Part shown: piece by piece, positions 56,995 to 64,000 of the stretch | Numbering within the stretch: the stretch's first letter is position 1 | Layout: each line of letters opens with the position of its first letter | NCBI GenBank assembly: GCA_965662235.1 | Contig: CBFIGY010000004.1 | Span: 1-64,000 of the forward strand | Direction of reading: 5' to 3' | Origin: an uncultured bacterium | Lineage (GTDB): Bacteria; SAR324; NAC60-12 | DNA length: 64,000 nucleotides | Translations under genes and position numbers: made by a program | Notes under the pieces: generated by a model | Told to the model about the DNA's origin: nothing | What the model saw: only the letters and a program-made list of their open reading frames with translations | The model's database searches: none

Positions 56995-58292
56995 AGAAGC
57001 CCCTGCACCCTCAATACGGATTTGAGACCCTGGCGATTCACGCCGGCACACCTCCGGAACCCACCACGGGCGCTCGTTCCTTCCCGATTTACCAGACCAC
57101 TTCCTACGTTTTTGAAGACGCAGACCATGCAGCGTCCCTCTTCAATCTACAGTCTCCGGGGTTCATTTACTCGCGCCTGACGAATCCGACGGTTGCTGCG
57201 CTGGAAGAACGTCTGGCGACTCTGGAAGGCGGTCGAGGCGCCACCTGTACGGCTTCCGGACACTCGGCAGAGGTCTTGGCACTGTTTGCCCTCATGTCAC
57301 CAGGCATGGAGGTGATTGTGGCCAACAAGCTCTACGGGGGCAGCATCAACCTGATGGGGAAGAGCTTTCAGAAGTTCGACTGGCGGGCCATTTTTGTGGA
57401 AGCCACAGACCCTGATGCTTTCCGCCGAGCCGTGACCGACCGGACCCGGGCCATTTTCATTGAAAGCCTGGCGAATCCCGGGGGCGTGGTGATGGACCTA
57501 GAGGCGATTGCACGAGTGGCTGAAGAAGCCGGGGTCCCGCTGATTGTTGACAACACCATGGCGACTCCTGCGCTCTGCCGTCCCTTTGAATGGGGGGCGG
57601 ACCTGGTCACGCACTCCACCACCAAGTTCCTCTCCGGACAGGGCAACGCCGTGGGCGGTGTGGTGGTTGACGCCGGAACCTTCCCTTGGCTGAACAACCC
57701 CAAATTCCCCAGCCTGAGCACCCCGGCTTCAGAGTACAACGGCATCACCTTCGCCGAGACGTTCGGGAACGATCTCGCCTTTACCCTCTACAGCCACGCG
57801 GTCAGCCTCCGGGACCTGGGGGCAACGCTGTCTCCGTTCCATGCGTGGCTCACGCTGAATGGCATTGAAACCCTCTCCCTCCGTATGGAGCGGCACTGCG
57901 AAAATGCGCAGAAGGTGGCTGAGTTTTTAGAAACGCACCCTGCCGTGTCGTGGGTCTCGTATGCCGGGCTGCCCCAAAACGCCTTCCATGCGCTGGCGCA
58001 GACCTACCTTCCTCAAGGAGCGGGTTCTGTGTTTACCTTCGGACTCAAAGGAGGCTTCGAGGCGGGGGTTCGCTTGGTGGAATCGGTCGAGCTGCTCAGC
58101 CATGTGGCCAACATTGGAGACACCCGCTCCCTCATCATCCACCCGGCCTCCACCACGCATCGGCAGCTGACCGACGAGCAGAGAGACGCTGCTGGCGCTG
58201 GCGCCGAAGTGATCCGCCTGTCGGTGGGGCTGGAGAAGGTGGACGACATCATCAGTGACCTGGACCAGGCCCTGCAACACACTCTTTCTTAA
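56991..58292 (+). CDS. metY: O-acetylhomoserine aminocarboxypropyltransferase (sulfhydrylase)
   Basis: PIYQTTSY.F, YSRLTNPT, DNTMATP, HSTTKFLSGQG (PLP lysine), ANIGDTRSL.IHPASTTH. ATG at 56991. Confidence 0.93.
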   Translation: MKKPLHPQYGFETLAIHAGTPPEPTTGARSFPIYQTTSYVFEDADHAASLFNLQSPGFIYSRLTNPTVAALEERLATLEGGRGATCTASGHSAEVLALFALMSPGMEVIVANKLYGGSINLMGKSFQKFDWRAIFVEATDPDAFRRAVTDRTRAIFIESLANPGGVVMDLEAIARVAEEAGVPLIVDNTMATPALCRPFEWGADLVTHSTTKFLSGQGNAVGGVVVDAGTFPWLNNPKFPSLSTPASEYNGITFAETFGNDLAFTLYSHAVSLRDLGATLSPFHAWLTLNGIETLSLRMERHCENAQKVAEFLETHPAVSWVSYAGLPQNAFHALAQTYLPQGAGSVFTFGLKGGFEAGVRLVESVELLSHVANIGDTRSLIIHPASTTHRQLTDEQRDAAGAGAEVIRLSVGLEKVDDIISDLDQALQHTLS

Positions 58293-58304
58293 AGGCCTTG
58301 TACC

Positions 58305-58667
58305 ATGGCAAAAATCCTCCTCATTGAAGACCATCCGGAGTTCCGTGAAACCATTGCTGAAATGCTGGAGCTGTATGGGCACCAGGTGACTTCGGCTCAG
58401 GATGGACGGGAGGGGATGGCCCTCTTTTCAAAATCCTCCTTCGACCTCATCATCACAGACCTGATCATGCCGCAGCAAGACGGCATCAGCGTCATTGTCG
58501 GCATCCGCCAAAAAAGCCAGCAGGTGAAGATCATTGCCATCTCGGGAGGAGGGAACATCAACGGGGTGGATTACCTGAAGATGACCCAGGACCTGGGGGT
58601 GGATGCGACTCTGGAGAAGCCCTTTCAGAGTCAGCACCTGCTGGACACCGTTCAACGCCTGATCTGA
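58305..58667 (+). CDS. Single-domain response regulator (CheY-like)
   Basis: LLIEDH, ITDLIMP..DG, IAISGGG, LEKPF; 120 aa. Confidence 0.92.
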   Translation: MAKILLIEDHPEFRETIAEMLELYGHQVTSAQDGREGMALFSKSSFDLIITDLIMPQQDGISVIVGIRQKSQQVKIIAISGGGNINGVDYLKMTQDLGVDATLEKPFQSQHLLDTVQRLI

Positions 58668-58674
58668 CCCCGAC

Positions 58675-59664
58675 GTGCGCACAGTGGTTCGGTACGGGGG
58701 ACTCCTAGGAGGGCTGTTTGGGGGCGTTCTGCTCTACAACCGCCTGACCGGACACGCGATGGGCCCCCTCCTGGGGGTGTTTGTCGACGTGGTCACCCCG
58801 GTCTTCCTGCTGGTCCTCACCGGTTACTTGGCCGGCCCGCGTCTTCAGTTAGAAGCCCGGACCCTGTCGCGGGTGGCGTATTTTCTCTTTGTCCCCTCCT
58901 TTGTCTTCAACATCATCAGCACGTCCCCCGTGGAAACCGGGACCCTGCTCCGGATGGTTGGCGCTGCGTTGGGCATCCAGGCGGGGGTGACGCTGCTGGC
59001 GTGGCTGACCGGAAAGGCCCTGCGGCGTAGTCCCGAAATGACCGCAGCCTTCATGATGGTCGCGGTGTTCGGCAACGTGGGAAACTTTGGCCTGTCCCTG
59101 ATCGAGTTTCGGTTTGGGCTTGCCTCGCGCCTGCCCGCGACCGTGTTTTTTCTCGCGATCATGATCTCCTCCTTTATCATTTGCGTCAGTGTGGCAAACT
59201 GGGGGCGTCAAGGCGGAATGAAGGCGACGTTGGAGGTGTTCAAGACGCCGGCTCTGCTGGCTCTGATCCCGGCGCTGGCGTTCACCCTCACGGACACGCC
59301 GGTTCCGATTTTTGCTGAGCGGATGACGGGGCTGCTGGCACAGGCGATGGTGCCGGTTATGCTGGTGACCCTAGGGGTGCAGCTCTCGGAGGTCCGGGAC
59401 ATTACCATCGACTTTGACGTGTGGGTGGCCACGGCGCTGCGTCTGCTGGGCGGTCCGTTGGTGGCCTTCCTGGTGGTTCCGTTTTTTGGGCTGGTGGATC
59501 TGGAACGAGCCACCGGAATCCTGCAGGCGGCAATGCCGGCAGCGGTATTGGTTTCCATCATTGCTCTTGAGTACCAACTCATTCCGAGCTTTGTGACCAC
59601 GACCGTTTTGTTCTCGACACTCTTCAGCATCATCACGCTGACCGTTCTGCTGACGATTGTCTAA
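58675..59664 (+). CDS. AEC (auxin efflux carrier/malate permease) family transporter
   Basis: ~10 TM helices, FGNVGNFGL, VPVMLVTLG, QAAMPAA. Confidence 0.85.
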   Translation: MRTVVRYGGLLGGLFGGVLLYNRLTGHAMGPLLGVFVDVVTPVFLLVLTGYLAGPRLQLEARTLSRVAYFLFVPSFVFNIISTSPVETGTLLRMVGAALGIQAGVTLLAWLTGKALRRSPEMTAAFMMVAVFGNVGNFGLSLIEFRFGLASRLPATVFFLAIMISSFIICVSVANWGRQGGMKATLEVFKTPALLALIPALAFTLTDTPVPIFAERMTGLLAQAMVPVMLVTLGVQLSEVRDITIDFDVWVATALRLLGGPLVAFLVVPFFGLVDLERATGILQAAMPAAVLVSIIALEYQLIPSFVTTTVLFSTLFSIITLTVLLTIV

Positions 59665-59818
59665 TCCCTGAAGCTGGACCCTCTGCCTTCGGGAGTTTGT
59701 CAGGTTTGAATTCTCCAGTTGCGCTTTTTTCGTCATGAATTTAATTAAATCCTAACATTCATTAAATCATTTATTTAATGGCATTTTTTTAATTCAGAAT
59801 CATTTATTTTGAGGAAAT

Positions 59819-61411
59819 ATGACTGTCCGGACAAAGCTGTACTTAACCTCTGCGTTTACGCTGCTTTGCTTTCTGATCCTCGGGTGGGTGGGGTACTTCT
59901 TTACCAAGGGGGTTGCTGATGTTTCAGAGCGTCTGGTGGAAGACCATGCGGCCCCGGTCTTTGAGGTCGAGCGGATTCAGCAGCAGGCGCAACGGACGCT
60001 GTTGCTGCTCATTACCCATGTGGGCGCGCAGGACCCGGACCAAATGGAGAAACTGGAACAGCAGGCGGTGCAGGAGCAGGCCTCGGTGCTGCAGGCCATT
60101 CAGGAGCATGAGCAGCGGTATCAACTGGAAGGGCAAGGGACAGACGCCTGGATGGCCTTTCAGGAGATTGCGCGACAGTCGTTGGACCTCAGCAACGAGT
60201 ATGCGAAAGAAGAGGCGTATGCCCTTTTGATGGGAAGTGGTCGGGAGCGTTACGACGCAACGCTGGGGCACTTCAGTGAAGCCCTGAAGCATCACCGGAG
60301 TGAGATCAATCGGCTCCGGGTTCAGGCGGAAGACATTCGAGAACAGTCGGTGACCATCCTGCTGGTGCTGGTGGTGGGGCTGGGACTGCTGATCATTCTG
60401 GCGGCCTGGATCTCCACGCGGAGCATCATGCAGGAGCTGGGGAAGCTGACGCAGGAGTTGGGGTTTGCGGTGGAGGAACTGGTCCGGGTGGCTCACAACC
60501 TTGAGTCCAACGCCCAAGCACTTTCAGCAGGGGCAACGTCGCAGGCGTCCAGTTTGGAGCAAACGACCTCAACGATCACGGAGTTGGCCTCTCAGACCCG
60601 TCAGAATGCAGAGAGCTCGCAGAACGCGCTCCAAGCGACTCAGGAGATGGCCTCTTTCATCTCTCAATCCAGCGAACGTTCCCGTGAAGTGGCCAAGATC
60701 ACCAAGGACGCCTCGACCGCGGCTGAGCGCGGGGTAGACGTCGTTGGGGCGCTGCTTCAGGCGATGCGGTCGATCCATGAAAGCGGGATCCGCATTTCCT
60801 CCATCATCGACACCATCAATGAGATCACCCACCAGACCAAGATGCTGGCAACCAATGCGGCCATTGAAGCCGCCCGTGCCGGAGAGCAGGGCAAGGGGTT
60901 TGCCGTGGTTGCTGATGAGGTCTCCAAGCTGGCGGAAAATTCCAAGAATGCAGCCAAGGAAATTGGCGCTTTGATCAAGGAAACTGCAGAAAAGGCGGAC
61001 TCCGGAAACGACATTGCGGTCAATGGCGAAGCCGTCCTCCGGGACATGCTTCAGGAAGTGTCGTCTGCCGCTCAACTGATGGAAGAGGTGGCGCGCTTTG
61101 CTGATGAACAAACGCAACGTGCCGACAACATTCAGCGTCTGGTCAGTGGCATCAGTGCGGCCTCAGGAGAACAAGACGAAGGAATCCGCCAAGTGGGCAC
61201 CAGCCTGACCACCATTGAGCAAACCACTCAACAGAATGCGACTCAGTCAGAAGAGGTAACCGGATTTGCCTCTGACCTGTCCCTGCAGGCGTCACGCATC
61301 CGTGAATTGATCACGGATACGTCGTCGGTGTTGGGATTTAAAAACCGGTCTGCTTCCCCAGATCGGTCTCCTCTGCCTCCCCTCAGAAAGCTGTTGGGAA
61401 CATCTTCTTAA
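59819..61411 (+). CDS. Methyl-accepting chemotaxis protein with four-helix-bundle sensor
   Basis: Two TM helices around a helical periplasmic domain; hairpin tip [30 protein letters not shown]. Confidence 0.93.
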   Translation: MTVRTKLYLTSAFTLLCFLILGWVGYFFTKGVADVSERLVEDHAAPVFEVERIQQQAQRTLLLLITHVGAQDPDQMEKLEQQAVQEQASVLQAIQEHEQRYQLEGQGTDAWMAFQEIARQSLDLSNEYAKEEAYALLMGSGRERYDATLGHFSEALKHHRSEINRLRVQAEDIREQSVTILLVLVVGLGLLIILAAWISTRSIMQELGKLTQELGFAVEELVRVAHNLESNAQALSAGATSQASSLEQTTSTITELASQTRQNAESSQNALQATQEMASFISQSSERSREVAKITKDASTAAERGVDVVGALLQAMRSIHESGIRISSIIDTINEITHQTKMLATNAAIEAARAGEQGKGFAVVADEVSKLAENSKNAAKEIGALIKETAEKADSGNDIAVNGEAVLRDMLQEVSSAAQLMEEVARFADEQTQRADNIQRLVSGISAASGEQDEGIRQVGTSLTTIEQTTQQNATQSEEVTGFASDLSLQASRIRELITDTSSVLGFKNRSASPDRSPLPPLRKLLGTSS

Positions 61412-61465
61412 AAACCGGAAGTGGCCTGCCACTTCGCTCGCATCCTTAATGAGAGAGAACACACC

Positions 61466-62053
61466 ATGAAACGAATCGCTTTGTTGCTCCTGTCCCTTGG
61501 CCTGGTGGCTGGCTTCAGCCTCACGGCACTGGCCGCTGGTCCTGAAATCACACCGGAGGTTCGACAGCAGCTGGAGCAGGAAACTGCCGTCCTGAAACAG
61601 TGGGCTGCGGAGCCAGCCTTCATTAATGCGGTCAAAACGCAAAACGCAGAAGGCCTGTCTTTGGATGAAATCAAGCGCCGTGATGCCGCCTGGCGTCAAG
61701 CGACAGGGGCCAAGAAGGAAAATGACCTCATCAAGGCATGCCTTAACCACCCTGTTGGTGAGTGGTTGAGTGAAAAAAACAAAGAAGGCCGAGGACGGTA
61801 CCCGGAGGCTTTTCTGACAGATAATCAGGGCGCCAATGTGGCCATGAGTAAAGCCACTTCTGACTATTGGCAGGGAGATGAGGAAAAATGGACGGAATCC
61901 TTTGCAGATGGTTCGGGAAATGTATACTATGGCCAGCCGGAATTAGATGAAAGCTCGCGAGCCATGCTCGTTCAGGTTTCAGTTCCCGTCATGGACGCGG
62001 GGCAAGCCATCGGCGTGTTGGTCGTTGGAATCCGTTTTAGTTCCCTGAAGTAA
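61466..62053 (+). CDS. Secreted stand-alone Cache/PDC-like sensor-domain protein
   Basis: Signal peptide MKRIALL...ALA; EAFLTDNQGANVA...TSDYWQGDEEKW, DES....VQVSVPV.D...IGVL.VG; no TM anchor or output domain. Confidence 0.75.
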   Translation: MKRIALLLLSLGLVAGFSLTALAAGPEITPEVRQQLEQETAVLKQWAAEPAFINAVKTQNAEGLSLDEIKRRDAAWRQATGAKKENDLIKACLNHPVGEWLSEKNKEGRGRYPEAFLTDNQGANVAMSKATSDYWQGDEEKWTESFADGSGNVYYGQPELDESSRAMLVQVSVPVMDAGQAIGVLVVGIRFSSLK

Positions 62054-62174
62054 TCACGATTTTCGGCCTCGGGAAGGAGGTCGAAACGCCCTCCTCCTGG
62101 GCTGGAGCATGGTACTGGGAGGGGGCTTTCCCATTCCCCATGGAGGCACTTCCCGCTCCTCATCGATCCCGGCG

Positions 62175-63137
62175 ATGTACGAATCCCTTCTCAGTAGTAT
62201 CAACAGTTACGTTCTCATTATTGCCGGCTTGATGGCCCTCTACTACGGGGCTGAGTGGATGGTTGGCGCCAGTTGCTCGCTTGCGGTACGGATGGGCATT
62301 CCCCCAGTCATGGTGGGACTGACCATTGTGGCAGCCGGAACCAGCATGCCGGAAGCCGTTGTGAGCGTGCAGGCTTCAATGGCTGATAAAGGTCCTCTGG
62401 CCCTCGGCAACGTGCTCGGGTCCAACATCCTCAACATTGCCCTGGTCCTCGGCATTGCCGCGATCATGCAGCCCCTTAAGGTACAGAAACGGCTGGTCAA
62501 GGCAGACATTCCTTCCATGATCCTGCTCTCGGTGCTGGCCTTCGTGTTTTTTGAGGATCAGGTCTTCTCGCAGCGAGAGTCCATGTTCCTCCTCTTCTGC
62601 ATGGTCTCCTACATCGTTGGAAACATTGTTGCTGCACGGCAGCAGGGAGAAGAGGTCGCCTCGGAAGGAGATGAGGAAATTGAGGTGGGAAAGAGCGCCG
62701 AACGCGATGTGCTGGCCCTCCTCATCGGCATGATCCTGCTGGGGTTTGGCTCCGACTGGCTGGTCAACGGTTCCGTGAACGTCGCTCAGTCTCTGGGCGT
62801 GAGTGAGGCGGTGATTGGACTGACGGTGGTTTCCATCGGGACCAGCTCTCCGGAACTGGCAACGTCCATTGCGGCAGCCCTGCGCAAGCAGACGGACTTG
62901 GCGGTAGGAAATGCCGTGGGCTCCAACATTGCGAACCTGTGCTTTGTGATTGGAACCGCTGGCACCGTGGCGCCGCTCTCCGGAGTCGGCATCAATCTGA
63001 TCGACTTCATCTTCATGATGGCGCTGGCCTTTGTCATGCTGCCCACCGCGTGGACCGGCTATGAGCTGTCCCGACAAGAGGGGGTGTTCTTTGTCGGGAC
63101 GTATCTCATTTACCTTGTGCTCATCTGGCCTCTTTAG
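62175..63137 (+). CDS. Calcium/sodium antiporter (YrbG-like, CaCA family)
   Basis: Two alpha repeats: GTSMPE...GNVLGSNILN and GTSSPE...GNAVGSNIAN. Confidence 0.92.
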   Translation: MYESLLSSINSYVLIIAGLMALYYGAEWMVGASCSLAVRMGIPPVMVGLTIVAAGTSMPEAVVSVQASMADKGPLALGNVLGSNILNIALVLGIAAIMQPLKVQKRLVKADIPSMILLSVLAFVFFEDQVFSQRESMFLLFCMVSYIVGNIVAARQQGEEVASEGDEEIEVGKSAERDVLALLIGMILLGFGSDWLVNGSVNVAQSLGVSEAVIGLTVVSIGTSSPELATSIAAALRKQTDLAVGNAVGSNIANLCFVIGTAGTVAPLSGVGINLIDFIFMMALAFVMLPTAWTGYELSRQEGVFFVGTYLIYLVLIWPL

Positions 63138-63143
63138 CCAGGC

Positions 63144-63878
63144 TTAGGCCGCGACCTTCAGGTTCTGTCCCTGGAACCACTGGTCGAGTTCATCGGCGCC
63201 GCCAATGTGCTGGCCGTTGATGAACACCTGGGGGGTGCTCTGGCGTCCGGAAACGGCCTTGAGCATTCCCGGAGTCGCTGGCACCTCTGCGTAGCTCATG
63301 CCGCGAGCCGTCAACTGTTCCTTGGCGCGCTTGCAGTGTCCGCAGTTGGCGCGGGTGAAGAGGATCACGTCTTCCGGAGCCTGCTGTCCCAAGTACTCGA
63401 GCATCGTGTCTGCGTCCGAGACCTCAAAGGGGTCGCCAGGCTTGTCTGGCTCCACGAAGAGCTTCTCCACCACTCCATCCTTGACCAGCATCGAGTAGCG
63501 CCAGCTCCGCGCTCCAAAGCCCAGGTCTTCCTTATCCACAAGCAATCCCATCCCTCGGGTGAAGTCGGCGTTGCCGTCCGGGACAAAGGTGACCCGGTCC
63601 GCCTTCTGCTCGGCCTGCCAGGCGTCCATCACAAAGGCATCGTTGACGGAGACGCAGAGCACGTCGTCGATTCCAGCTTGCTCAAACGTGGGCACCAACT
63701 GGTTGTAGCGCGGCACATGCGAGCCGGAGCAGGTTGGGGTGAAGGCCCCTGGTAAACTGAAGACCACCACGGTCTTGCCGGCAAACAGGTCCTGGGTGCT
63801 GACGTCCTTCCAGGTTCCATTCTCACGGAAGCGGAAGTTGACTTCGGGAACACGCTGTCCTTCTTTGATCGGATTCAT
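63144..63878 (-). CDS. Hybrid peroxiredoxin (Prx5)-glutaredoxin
   Basis: SLPGAFTPTCS, SVNDAFVM.AW, DGNADFT, G.RSWRYSMLV; C-terminal Grx domain with CGHC, TPQVFI.G..IGG. Confidence 0.93.
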   Translation of the reverse strand: MNPIKEGQRVPEVNFRFRENGTWKDVSTQDLFAGKTVVVFSLPGAFTPTCSGSHVPRYNQLVPTFEQAGIDDVLCVSVNDAFVMDAWQAEQKADRVTFVPDGNADFTRGMGLLVDKEDLGFGARSWRYSMLVKDGVVEKLFVEPDKPGDPFEVSDADTMLEYLGQQAPEDVILFTRANCGHCKRAKEQLTARGMSYAEVPATPGMLKAVSGRQSTPQVFINGQHIGGADELDQWFQGQNLKVAA

Positions 63879-63961
63879 TTCTCATCTCCAAAAATTGAGT
63901 TTAAGCAACATGGCTCAATCACCATGGATCCTAGTCTAGAGAGAGTGGATTGATTCGTCCA

Positions 63962-63998
63962 ATCGTTTAATTTTATGATTTTGATAGGATTTGCCGAT
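63962..63998. promoter_or_regulatory. OxyR-type binding site upstream of prx5-grx
   Basis: ATCG-N7-TTAT-N7-ATAG-N7-CGAT matches the spacing of the OxyR consensus ATAG-N7-CTAT-N7-ATAG-N7-CTAT. An extra ATTG-N7-CAAT lies at 63949-63963. Confidence 0.65.
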
Positions 63999-64000
63999 GA

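Noticed and set aside
63922..63940. Cluster of NcoI, BamHI and XbaI sites (CCATGGATCCTAGTCTAGA) resembling a polylinker
   Set aside because: It is short, has no flanking vector sequence and sits inside a plausible native promoter region; most likely chance.
1..64000. Apparent abundance of CCGG/TCCGGA and preference for T-ending codons before G
   Set aside because: This is an unquantified impression that codon usage and codon-context bias could explain; it would need k-mer statistics.

Overview
GC-rich, densely coding bacterial chromosome segment from a diderm organism (lgt, lolA and lptF are present). The gene mix is compatible with a deltaproteobacterial/SAR324-like lineage, but that is an inference. 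The window holds about 55 supportable CDSs and an IS1-family element at the left edge. Housekeeping and metabolic genes include proB, pcm, recX, trmB, lgt, rph, lolA, lptF, recJ, ppnN, a DAHP synthase, ubiE/menG and metY. It also holds a LacI-regulated sugar ABC/GH2 cluster, two orphan PAS histidine kinases, an MCP and a Prx5-glutaredoxin hybrid with an OxyR-type box. No rRNA, tRNA or CRISPR array was seen. The best candidate for an undescribed system is a three-gene operon at 9363-17997. It encodes two exported proteins built from 14 Ig-like/OmpL47-type repeats, plus a membrane protein with a beta-propeller/Y_Y_Y periplasmic region and four tandem GGDEF-like domains. All four domains have lost the GG(D/E)EF active site (xGEK instead) yet keep the RxxD I-site, which suggests a multivalent c-di-GMP receptor linked to surface proteins. 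Other notable items are a likely unannotated selenoprotein (FmdB zinc ribbon with UGA and a SECIS-like hairpin), a hexaheme triple-c4 cytochrome, a NIT-like sensor with both ER motifs changed to EQ, and an APC permease fused to PTS-EIIA and RCK_C domains. All functional calls come from motif recognition by eye; no database search was run.
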